A stretch of 64,000 bases of DNA. Origin: a virus (Duplodnaviria; Caudoviricetes). The stretch covers positions 1-64,000 of the IMG/VR virus record IMGVR_UViG_3300021511_000252. The stretch is one strand, 5' to 3'. The notes under the pieces are model-generated. The model was not told the DNA's origin, did not search any database, and was given only the letters and a program-made list of their open reading frames with translations. A program made the position numbers and the translations under genes. Shown in pieces: positions 16,491 through 24,197 of the stretch (positions are counted from its first letter, which is position 1; the number at the start of each line of letters is the position of its first letter).

Positions 16491-16877
16491 GATTTCACTG
16501 ACTTCATTGATTTCACTGATTTCACTGATTTCTTTGATTTCATTGATTTCACTGATTTCACTGATTTCTTTGATTTCACTGATTTCACTGATTTCATTGA
16601 TTCCACTGATTTCATTGATTCCACTGATTTCATTGATTTCACTGACTTCTTTGATTTCACTGATTTCATTGATTTCACTGATTTCACTGATTTCATTGAT
16701 TTCATTGATTTCACTGATTTCACTGACTTCTTTGATTTCTTTGATTTCACTGATTTCATTGATTTCACTGATTTCATTGATTTCATTGATTTCACTGATT
16801 TCACTGATTTCGTTGATTTCACTGATTTCACTGATTTCGTTGATTTCATTGATTTCACTGATTTCACTGATTTCATT
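16491..16877. repeat. 9-bp minisatellite, 43 units
   Basis: GATTTCACT / GATTTCATT / GATTTCTTT / GATTCCACT / GACTTC(A/T)TT / GATTTCGTT variants; 387 bp; a 46-bp near-identical direct repeat starts at 16450 and 16878. Confidence 0.97.
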
Positions 16878-17005
16878 GAGAATCTTCTATTCAGAGAGAT
16901 CAGTGATCAATAATTAATGATTTTCTTGAGAATCTTCTATTCGGGGAGATCATTAATCTTAGATCTTCTATTCAGAGAGATCGTTGATCAATGATTTTAG
17001 ATCTT
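16878..17005. repeat. GATC-rich repeat cluster 1
   Basis: TCTTCTATTC(A/G)G(A/G)GAGATC core three times, with TGATCA. Confidence 0.85.
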
Positions 17006-17015
17006 CTTTAAAAAA

Positions 17016-17054
17016 TTTTAACAAGGGTATGGTAAATTAATACCCTTGTTAAAA
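17016..17054 (-). terminator. 15-bp hairpin downstream of 17068-17304
   Basis: TTTTAACAAGGGTAT-N9-ATACCCTTGTTAAAA; T-run on the minus-strand side. Confidence 0.85.
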
Positions 17055-17067
17055 CTTGAGACAGGTA

Positions 17068-17304
17068 CTATTTTTTAGCGGTACAAACTACATATCTCTG
17101 GTTTTTATAGCATACAAATTGCAACGCCTCATCGCAATACCTATGAGGGGTGGGTTTTACCCTATCGATACTGATTGCCAAGCACGGAGGCTGAGGCCCA
17201 CCGCTGTCATCCTCAACATACGGACATTGCTGGGGATATAAACACATATCATCTAACACATGCTTGAAGCTACCATAACCCTCATCTACCTTTACTAATT
17301 GCAT
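17068..17304 (-). CDS. 78-aa hypothetical protein
   Basis: AAGGGGG RBS; has its own promoter and terminator. Confidence 0.75.
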   Translation of the reverse strand: MQLVKVDEGYGSFKHVLDDMCLYPQQCPYVEDDSGGPQPPCLAISIDRVKPTPHRYCDEALQFVCYKNQRYVVCTAKK

Positions 17305-17355
17305 GAAATGCCCCCTTGTTTTAGGTTAATTAATATTAATTAAAAAGTTAAAAAC

Positions 17356-17384
17356 ATAATATAATACAGACTTTAGGAATGCAA
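17356..17384 (-). promoter_or_regulatory. early promoter family member
   Basis: TTGCAT-TCC..(17)-TATTAT. Confidence 0.8.
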
Positions 17385-17397
17385 GCTTTTTTTTTAT

Positions 17398-17545
17398 CTT
17401 CTACTCAGAGAGATCGTTGATCAGTGATCAATAATCTTAGATCTTCTATTCAGAGAGATCGTTGATCAATAATTTTAGATCTTTCTTCTTCTGAATCTTC
17501 TATTCAGAGAGATCGTTGATCGTTGATCAATAATTTTAGATCTTT
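17398..17545. repeat. GATC-rich repeat cluster 2
   Basis: TCTTCTA(T/C)TCAGAGAGATCGTTGATC three times, each followed by TGATCAAT and TAGATCTT. Confidence 0.88.
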
Positions 17546-17560
17546 CTTCTTTCTCTCTCT

Positions 17561-17587
17561 AACGTTCGATCATATAAAAAGGCGAGA
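17561..17587 (-). promoter_or_regulatory. bipartite motif (putative phage-sigma promoter)
   Basis: TCTCGCCTTT-N10-GAACGTT; 17539-17567 is identical to 24838-24866 (29 bp). Confidence 0.6.
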
Positions 17588-17903
17588 ATCTGGGGAAGAC
17601 AAGATTATGCCAAAAGGCGATCAAATGAACAAAGTCTTGATCTATTATCTAAAGTCTAAACTAAAGAATCGTTAGTCCCGAAGAATCATAAATAAAAAGA
17701 ACCTCGACAAGAAAAACACCCTAAAAAAAAAGTTCTAATAATTACAGATAGTTATTTAGAATTTGGTTATAGGGGGCAAGCCCCTAAATATAGAAATTTA
17801 TGAGGTAAGGGTCTGGGGGGATCTATATTTTGCCAAAACCTTTTGTTAAGGATTCAGGATCATAGAAAGAAAAAGACAAGGGCCTATCTTCTCTTATTCC
17901 CTC

Positions 17904-18017
17904 ATTCTAAAAGAGATTCTTTATTCTAACCTCCTTTATTCTAAAAGAGATTCTTTATTCTAACCTCCTTTATTCTAAAAGAGATTCTTTATTCTAACCT
18001 CCCTCATTCTAAAAGAG
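17904..18017. repeat. 34-bp tandem repeat, about 3.3 units
   Basis: ATTCTAAAAGAGATTCTTTATTCTAACCTCCTTT. Confidence 0.92.
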
Positions 18018-18059
18018 CCACTTTTTTCTTAGGGGCTATGTGGTTTTTCTAAATTAAGA

Positions 18060-18290
18060 AGTATTGAGGATATTGAGAGATTATTATTAAAGAGAAGAGA
18101 TTTAGAGATTTAGAGATTTAAAGAGAAATCTTATGATCGAGAGAGATTTAAAGAGAGAGATTATTATTAAAGAGAAGAGATTTAAAGAGAAATCTTATGA
18201 TGAGATGAGATGAGAAGAGAGAGAGAAGATGAGAGAAGAGATATACTCTTCTATATATCTATATCTATATCTATATCTATATCTATATAT
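18060..18290. repeat. low-complexity AGAGATTT / GAGAT / ATATCT repeats
   Basis: Visible purine-rich oligomer repeats and an ATATCT hexamer run. Confidence 0.8.
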
Positions 18291-18454
18291 ATTATTATTA
18301 GTACCTTATAATAAACTCGGTACCTATAATAATTTCTACAGATTTCCTCTACAGAGGAGTCTTTACTTAGAAGGAGATGATCTTATATCCTATATGATCT
18401 CGGTTAATCTTTATCAGCGTCCTATTTCTATGAAATAGGATGTTAGGTTTCTTT

Positions 18455-18715
18455 CTAAGAAAAAGATATAACATCGTTATCATCGTGAGTCGCTAACCAG
18501 ATTAATAAGACCCCTAACTTAAATCTACACAATAGAGACGTAGAATTACTATATCTTTTTAACATATAGCTGATTACAGATTCGACCTCCTCCCATGATA
18601 ATATAAGTTCAGGATCTCTTGTATTCCAGAACCCTAACTCTACACAGGCTTGCGCTAATAAACCGGATAGCTTTATATCCCCTTCAGAATTCTTAAAATA
18701 ATATCGTATCCCCAT
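18455..18715 (-). CDS. hypothetical protein
   Basis: GGAGGG RBS; 86 aa. Confidence 0.65.
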   Translation of the reverse strand: MGIRYYFKNSEGDIKLSGLLAQACVELGFWNTRDPELILSWEEVESVISYMLKRYSNSTSLLCRFKLGVLLIWLATHDDNDVISFS

Positions 18716-18793
18716 TTTACCGGCCCTCCTTTTTCTTTTCTTTCCTTAATCTTAATTAGTTCTTCTATATTAACTTCTACATCTTGTAATAAT

Positions 18794-19024
18794 CTATTTA
18801 TAAGAACGAACTATACTATCTTGAATATCAGCGAGAAAACCTTTTAATTCTTCTTTATCTTCTATTATTTCTTCTTCTATTTCTTCTTCTTCCTGAACCT
18901 CGTTATACTCATCTAATAACGCTTCGATCTTCTCAGGAACTAACCCTATATTTTTCCTTTTTTTCTTTTTCTTTATTTTCTTTTTATTTTCTTTCTCCTT
19001 TATTATTAGAGATTTATCCTGCAC
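18794..19024 (-). CDS. charged hypothetical protein
   Basis: Overlaps the upstream gene; basic then acidic halves. Confidence 0.55.
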   Translation of the reverse strand: MQDKSLIIKEKENKKKIKKKKKRKNIGLVPEKIEALLDEYNEVQEEEEIEEEIIEDKEELKGFLADIQDSIVRSYK

Positions 19025-19316
19025 ATTTTACGAATATACCTCTTTCGTCGTGTCCGAAACCTCTACAAGTAGGACATAAACCTCCTCTTAGATAAGTATA
19101 TTCAGCTTCTTCTAAATAAAGCTTATCTTCCCAATCTAAATCTACGCAAGTTGGTTCTGGACCTCCTCCTTTAAGTATAGCTTCTAACCAAGGACATTCG
19201 GAAGATTGTAAACCGGCTCCTGAATATCCCCCTTCGGTAGTTTCTTTAAATTGCTTATCCAGTCTTCTGTTTATTATTTTCTCTTTAAGTTTAAGTTTAG
19301 GTTTAAGTTCGAGCAT
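19014..19316 (-). CDS. hypothetical protein with C-terminal zinc-finger motif
   Basis: AAGGGGG RBS; CPTCRGFG...C. Confidence 0.7.
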   Translation of the reverse strand: MLELKPKLKLKEKIINRRLDKQFKETTEGGYSGAGLQSSECPWLEAILKGGGPEPTCVDLDWEDKLYLEEAEYTYLRGGLCPTCRGFGHDERGIFVKCAG

Positions 19317-19351
19317 TTTATTCCCCCTTTCTATTAATTAATATTAAGTAA

Positions 19352-19380
19352 CTAATATAACATAGAACAGGGGAACGCAA
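19352..19380 (-). promoter_or_regulatory. early promoter family member
   Basis: TTGCGT-TCC..(17)-TATTAG. Confidence 0.75.
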
Positions 19381-19738
19381 TCTCTTTTTTTATTTATCTT
19401 AAATCCTTTATTAGTTAGCTTGTAAAATAGGGTTAATACTATATATCAATATAGCTCTTCTGGGCTCTGAGGACAACGTAGACGTACTTCGTTAGGGTAA
19501 CTAAGGGCAAGGTATAGGGTATTAAATAATCGAATCTTCTTAATATAAGCTAATGATTAAAGATCTTCTGTAAATAAAGAAAAAAAGAGAGTAGAGAACC
19601 AAGGGGAACTTAAATTCTCTACCCTCTCCGGAAACCGGCTTCTTATTTATCGCCAAGGCCATAACGACATAAGAAACGAAGTAGGTTTCCTACTACTCAT
19701 TTATTCTATTTATTGATATTACTGATATTGATATCATA

Positions 19739-19951
19739 TCATATAACCTCCCTAAAGTGAAATCTAAGAAAGCAAGATCTAATTTTAGAAGAAACTCTAA
19801 CTTTATCTTCAAGTTCAGAAAGGTAAATTCTCTGAAGGAACTGCTTGTTAAGAATTTGTTCTATATCGTAAACTAAACGGTCCGCCTCTTCTTTGTCTAT
19901 ATCTTCCGCTGTTGTAATAATAACAGAAGAATTTACAGTTATTCTCCTCAT
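19739..19951 (-). CDS. hypothetical protein
   Basis: AGGGAG RBS; 70 aa. Confidence 0.7.
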   Translation of the reverse strand: MRRITVNSSVIITTAEDIDKEEADRLVYDIEQILNKQFLQRIYLSELEDKVRVSSKIRSCFLRFHFREVI

Positions 19952-20000
19952 TTATCTCCCTTTCTAAAATTAATGATTTATTATAACTCTGGTCTTAACC

Positions 20001-20300
20001 TTAACCCTGACTTAACCACGGTCTTGACAATGACCACGATCTTGACCATAATCCTGATCTTGACCATGATCCTGATTTTAACCCTGCCCCCGATCTTGAT
20101 CTTGATCTTGATCCTGATCTTAACCTAAACCTTGATCTTGACCACGATCTTGACCACGACTTTAGCCCTGACCACGACCATGACCAAGGCCACGATCCTG
20201 ATCTTGACCTTGATCCTGATTTTGGCCTTGGCCTTGATCTTGCCCCTGATTTTGACCTTGACCACAATTTTACCTGGGCACTATAAATACAAGTGAACAT
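20001..20300 (-). CDS. Ser-X dipeptide repeat protein (paralogue 4)
   Basis: Conserved leader MFTCIYSAQVKLW, then (S-R/G/W/K)n. Confidence 0.75.
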   Translation of the reverse strand: MFTCIYSAQVKLWSRSKSGARSRPRPKSGSRSRSGSWPWSWSWSGLKSWSRSWSRSRFRLRSGSRSRSRSGAGLKSGSWSRSGLWSRSWSLSRPWLSQG

Positions 20301-20324
20301 TTAATTAATTACATCTTTTCAAAA

Positions 20325-20600
20325 TTAATGATTTATTATAACCCTGATTATTTTTGGCCTTGATCTTGATCTTGACTTTAGCCTTGATCTTAATCTTGAT
20401 CTTGACCCTGATCCTGATCTTGATCTTAATCCCGATCTTGACCATGACTTTGCCCTTGGCCATGATCTTGATCCTGACCATGACTTTGGCCTTGATCTTG
20501 ATCCTAACCCTGACTTTGACCTTGATCTTGACCTTAGCCTTGATCTTGATTTTGACCCTGACCACAATTTTGCTTGGGCACTATAAATACAAATGAACAT
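20325..20600 (-). CDS. Ser-X dipeptide repeat protein (paralogue 3)
   Basis: Leader MFICIYSAQAKLW; AAAGGA RBS. Confidence 0.75.
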   Translation of the reverse strand: MFICIYSAQAKLWSGSKSRSRLRSRSRSKSGLGSRSRPKSWSGSRSWPRAKSWSRSGLRSRSGSGSRSRLRSRLKSRSRSRPKIIRVIINH

Positions 20601-20633
20601 TTAATTAATTACATCCTTTCAAAATTAATGATT

Positions 20634-20984
20634 TTATTTCTGTTCTGTTGGTAATTCATGCACCCATGGGAAAAAATCAGTAACGCTATCAAAGTTTACA
20701 AAAGCCGTTCCAACTGGTTCAACTTCGTTTAGTTCCCCATCTTTAATTGCATTCATAAACCTGCCACTATCAGCAACCCATGAGGCTTGTGATAACTGGA
20801 AGAAATTTGTTCCTTTAAGTCGCCGTTCAACCTTGCCAACAAGGTGATAAGTTACCTCGCGTACAAATACGTTTGTGCCTATCAAATCATCCAACTCATT
20901 TATTTCTACTGCTTCATCCTCTTTCAGTTGGTCTTTGATTCGTTCGTAGGTTGCTAATGACACTTCGATAGTTTTTGTTTTCAT
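20634..20984 (-). CDS. small beta-barrel (SH3/Sm-like) phage protein
   Basis: GTNVFVREVTYHLVGKV...ASWVADSGRF...LNEVEPVG, a pattern I recall from a widespread phage family (recalled as DUF6948-like, unverified). Confidence 0.65.
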   Translation of the reverse strand: MKTKTIEVSLATYERIKDQLKEDEAVEINELDDLIGTNVFVREVTYHLVGKVERRLKGTNFFQLSQASWVADSGRFMNAIKDGELNEVEPVGTAFVNFDSVTDFFPWVHELPTEQK

Positions 20985-21019
20985 TGTAGTACCCCCCTGT
21001 TTTTAAAATTAATGATTTA

Positions 21020-21250
21020 TTATGACCTTGACCATGATCCTAACCAGGATCCTAACTTTGACCCTGACCTCGACTTTGACCATGATCGTGGCCATGGCCC
21101 TGACCTCGACTTTGACCATGATCCTAACCATGATCCTGACCATGATCCTGACCCCGATCCTGATCCTGATCCTGACCATGATCCTGATCCTGATCCTGAC
21201 CCTGACCATGGCCACAGCTTTGCTTGTGAATTATAGATACAAATGAGCAT
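21020..21250 (-). CDS. Ser-X dipeptide repeat protein (paralogue 2)
   Basis: GGAGGT RBS; leader MLICIYNSQAKLW, then SG/SW repeats. Confidence 0.75.
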   Translation of the reverse strand: MLICIYNSQAKLWPWSGSGSGSGSWSGSGSGSGSGSWSGSWLGSWSKSRSGPWPRSWSKSRSGSKLGSWLGSWSRS

Positions 21251-21279
21251 CTAATTATCAATTACCTCCGTTTTTAAAA

Positions 21280-21570
21280 TTAATGATTTATTATAAACCC
21301 TGACCTTGGCCATGATCCTGACCCCGATCCCGACCTTGACCATGACCACGATCCTGATCTTGATTTTGATCCCGACCATGACCCCGACCTTGACCATGAT
21401 CCTGACCATGATCCTGATCCTGACCTTGGCCACGACCTTAACCTTGATCCTGACCTTGACCAGGACCATGACCCTGACCTTGACCAGGACCAGGACCACG
21501 ATCCTGATCTCGACCTTGACCATGACCTTGACCACAATTTTACCTGGGTATTATAGATGCAAATGAGCAT
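21280..21570 (-). CDS. Ser-X dipeptide repeat protein (paralogue 1)
   Basis: GGAGGT RBS; leader MLICIYNTQVKLW. Confidence 0.75.
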   Translation of the reverse strand: MLICIYNTQVKLWSRSWSRSRSGSWSWSWSRSGSWSWSRSGSRLRSWPRSGSGSWSGSWSRSGSWSGSKSRSGSWSWSRSGSGSGSWPRSGFIINH

Positions 21571-21733
21571 CTAATTATCAATTACCTCCGGTTTTAAAAA
21601 AATTAAGTGATGGCCGGATTTTCACCGACAGGGTATCCACATGTCCTTGCTCAAGGTCATGTTTTATAGATGGCCAAGATGCCAAAGTGCATTATTCTCT
21701 CCCCCTGCACCGCATCACATAATCACTATTTAC

Positions 21734-21880
21734 TTAAGAAGCTAACTCCGCGGCCAGCAGAGCTTTAAGCTCTAACTTATCATCCACGCTAAGCTCTTTC
21801 ATTTCTTTGGCAGAAACGACACGGGCCTCCCTTGAGAAAAACGCTTTAATATCCGTTAGAGTAACTTTAACTTTTTTCAT
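21734..21880 (-). CDS. 48-aa hypothetical protein (not in ORF track)
   Basis: GGGGGTG RBS after promoter; MKKVKVTLTDIKAFFSREARVVSAKEMKELSVDDKLELKALLAAELAS. Confidence 0.7.
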   Translation of the reverse strand: MKKVKVTLTDIKAFFSREARVVSAKEMKELSVDDKLELKALLAAELAS

Positions 21881-21918
21881 TTGCTACACCCCCCCTTTCT
21901 TTTGTTATTATTTACCTA

Positions 21919-21947
21919 ACAATAATATACAGAAATAAGGAATGCAA
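21919..21947 (-). promoter_or_regulatory. early promoter family member
   Basis: TTGCAT-TCCTTATTTCTGTATAT-TATTGT; the promoter-RBS block is nearly identical to 25843-25903. Confidence 0.78.
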
Positions 21948-21963
21948 CCTCTTTTTTTAAGTC

Positions 21964-22200
21964 TTACAAAGATGATATTCCACATATATCTCCAATTTTC
22001 GCCATCTTCCACGGTTTAGGAACCTTCATATCTTTAGGTATAGGATCTAAACATTTATGAGGAACTTGTGATTGGCAATAAAAACAGAATGGATAAATTT
22101 CTCCAAAATGATTAGTTTGCTTTTTGACTTTATTTCCACATCTTAAGCATTCATAAGTCTTACACGAAACCTTGCTAAATATCTTCTTTTTAGTAGACAT
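21964..22200 (-). CDS. small zinc-ribbon protein
   Basis: CLRC...CFYC...HKC. Confidence 0.7.
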   Translation of the reverse strand: MSTKKKIFSKVSCKTYECLRCGNKVKKQTNHFGEIYPFCFYCQSQVPHKCLDPIPKDMKVPKPWKMAKIGDICGISSL

Positions 22201-22274
22201 TTGTATTTATTCTCTTTTTTTTATTATCCTTCTTCCTACAGTGATACATATAGATTCTTCCCTTTTCTCTTTCG

Positions 22275-22457
22275 TTAATTATCCTTTATAATAATAACTT
22301 TCCCGTCTATTGTTCGTACAAACCTTTCATTATTAAAAAGACGCGGAACTGCAAAATAAGGCCCTTGATATCCTTTATTGAAAATAAAATCATCATTTTT
22401 ACCTTCCACAGATACGACCTCTCGTTCTTCTTCTTTTCCATTAACGATTACTTTCAT
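22275..22457 (-). CDS. hypothetical protein
   Basis: GGAGGG RBS; 60 aa. Confidence 0.65.
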   Translation of the reverse strand: MKVIVNGKEEEREVVSVEGKNDDFIFNKGYQGPYFAVPRLFNNERFVRTIDGKVIIIKDN

Positions 22458-22481
22458 TAATTACCCTCCGTTCTCATCTTC

Positions 22482-22769
22482 TTACCAATTCGCCTCTTTC
22501 TCTATCTTCTTAACTCTACCGTCCCTAATCGTTATAATCGTAAGCATATTCTTTGTTTTACGATATGTCCACTTTTCTACAGTCTTCCCTATGCCATCAA
22601 TGCCGTAAGAGATTTGTTCTTTCATTTTTGGTTTTCCACACTTCTTCCTTATAGAATAAGATGAATCACCCACCTGGATGATTTTACTTCCTCAATGCTC
22701 TCCTAAAGCAGGATTCGTTAAGAACATTACTCCAGAAATAACAATCGTAACTAACATCCCCCTTTTCAT
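22482..22769 (-). CDS. DUF2845-like exported protein with in-frame TGA (selenoprotein candidate or pseudogene)
   Basis: GGAGGT RBS and ATGA overlap at 22769; signal peptide MKRGMLVTIVISGVMFLTNPALG; then EH-TGA(22692-22694)-GSKIIQVGDSSYSIRKKCGKP...VEKWTY...IRDGRVKKIE. Confidence 0.7.
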
Positions 22770-23158
22770 TTCTTCTCACCTCCCTTTTTTATTTTCTTCT
22801 TTACTTTTTTCTTTACTCTTTTCTTCTTAGGAATAGGAACTGTAAAAGCTTTTCCTGTTGTTTGATCTCTCCTAAAGGGAAGACCAAGGACTTTATAGAG
22901 AGTATTAATCCCCACTTGTTTCATATCTCCAGAAAGACAATTATTCTTCTTGTAAAATTGATAATGACAAACCGTATTTGCCAGACCTGTACTTCTAGAA
23001 TCTCTATTAGAAAACGTAAAAACACGAATCTTTCTTTTCTTCCCCTTAAAGGTGACATATAAGTCTCCTAAAAGGTCACAAGGGATTGGACCATTTTTTC
23101 TTGCAGGAAAAGAGCCTATATTCATAACTTGTCCCTCCTTAAATTTCTTGGTTCGCAA
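22766..23158 (-). CDS. basic hypothetical protein
   Basis: 130 aa ORF; TTG start uncertain. Confidence 0.55.
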   Translation of the reverse strand: MRTKKFKEGQVMNIGSFPARKNGPIPCDLLGDLYVTFKGKKRKIRVFTFSNRDSRSTGLANTVCHYQFYKKNNCLSGDMKQVGINTLYKVLGLPFRRDQTTGKAFTVPIPKKKRVKKKVKKKIKKGGEKK

Positions 23159-23438
23159 TCTTAACTAATTGCTTTGTATATTTAAGAAGTCTCTTCCTCC
23201 CGTAATGAATCTGCTTTGGAGTTAAGGTTCCGTACCGCATAAAAGACTTAGCGAGACTGGAAAGAAATTCAGCATCAATACGATTAAATCCTACTCCGTT
23301 ATTGTGGTTCGTAGTCTCGCTTGTTTGTTCATCTGGGGTCTGCTTTTTATAAATCGCAAGCAATCCTCTGCAAACCCAAGCATCATCCTCTACTAACTTC
23401 GTTTTTATTTGACCTGCTGTCCATTTTTCGCTTTCCAT
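23139..23438 (-). CDS. conserved phage hypothetical protein
   Basis: AAGGGGG RBS; QTPDEQ...NGVGFNRIDAEFLSSLA...LTPKQ pattern. Confidence 0.75.
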   Translation of the reverse strand: MESEKWTAGQIKTKLVEDDAWVCRGLLAIYKKQTPDEQTSETTNHNNGVGFNRIDAEFLSSLAKSFMRYGTLTPKQIHYGRKRLLKYTKQLVKIANQEI

Positions 23439-23472
23439 ATAGCCCCCCTTTCTGTTAGTTAATATTACCTAA

Positions 23473-23501
23473 ATTATATAAAAGGGAACTTATGAACACA
23501 A
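23473..23501 (-). promoter_or_regulatory. early promoter family member
   Basis: TTGTGT-17-TATAAT. Confidence 0.78.
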
Positions 23502-23542
23502 GTTCTTTATTTATCTTCTATGCTCTATTTTCTTCCTCCAAA

Positions 23543-23569
23543 AAGCCCCTCCCCAAAAGGGAAGAGGCT
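23543..23569 (-). terminator. intrinsic terminator after 23582-24079
   Basis: AGCCCCTCCCC-AAAA-GGGAAGAGGCT imperfect stem; T-run on the minus strand. Confidence 0.6.
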
Positions 23570-23581
23570 CTATGTTAGATG

Positions 23582-24079
23582 TTAGGCTCCTACTTTAGCA
23601 GGAACACCGGCACCAGCCTCTTTCTTCTTGGACTTTGTTATCCCTAACACCATAGCGATCTTATCTGCCAGGGCTTTCAACTCTCCAGAAGAATAACCTC
23701 CCACCTTGATTGCCCTATAGGACTTCTGAGTGGGCTTGATGATACCTTTGACTCCAGCCGCTTCCAGTTCATCAGCGATACCATTGATAACCAGAAGGTC
23801 TTTGACATTAAAGCTTCCGCAGGCATTCTTCCCTTTCCGATTAATGAAGTGAGCATTATAGGAATCCGCATACTGAAGCTTTAAGCCCTTGGGAAGCTCG
23901 CCCTTGTTAAGTACCCGAAATACGACCTCTGAAGCCTTGTTCCCTTTTGTGGGAGCATTCATCTTGACCTCTGAAGACTTATCCCTACTGATGAAGGTAT
24001 AGCTTTTCCCCCCCATCGCCTCTGCCGCCGGTTTCGTGGCCGGTTTCTTTGCCGACTTTTTCCTCGCCTTTGCCGTCAT
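23582..24079 (-). CDS. basic hypothetical protein with highly-expressed-type composition
   Basis: AAGGAGGT RBS; higher GC; own promoter and terminator. Confidence 0.85.
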   Translation of the reverse strand: MTAKARKKSAKKPATKPAAEAMGGKSYTFISRDKSSEVKMNAPTKGNKASEVVFRVLNKGELPKGLKLQYADSYNAHFINRKGKNACGSFNVKDLLVINGIADELEAAGVKGIIKPTQKSYRAIKVGGYSSGELKALADKIAMVLGITKSKKKEAGAGVPAKVGA

Positions 24080-24160
24080 TGTACTACCTCCTTAGTCTAT
24101 TAAAGGATTTCAGTGTCCTTCTTGCCTGTATAGGCCATTCGCTTTTGTTATTGTGGCCCT

Positions 24161-24189
24161 ATATTATATGTTAGATATAGGGAACACAA
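24161..24189 (-). promoter_or_regulatory. early promoter family member
   Basis: TTGTGT-TCCCTATATCTAACATA-TAATAT; spacer identical to the 29507 promoter. Confidence 0.8.
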
Positions 24190-24197
24190 GCTTTATT

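Noticed and set aside
16472-16917. KSV- and SLI-repeat ORFs on both strands
   Set aside because: By-products of a stop-free 9-bp minisatellite; no RBS or unique domain
18229-18438. ORF with YLYLYL run
   Set aside because: Arises from the ATATCT microsatellite and is antisense to the local gene direction
20305-21566. Alternative-frame ORFs (VKIKIK, ILTLTL, DPDHD)
   Set aside because: Hexamer repeats leave several frames open; only the Ser-X frame has a conserved leader and RBS in all four copies
19964-21600. Diversity-generating retroelement
   Set aside because: No reverse transcriptase in the window, and variation is in repeat-unit order rather than adenine-specific substitution
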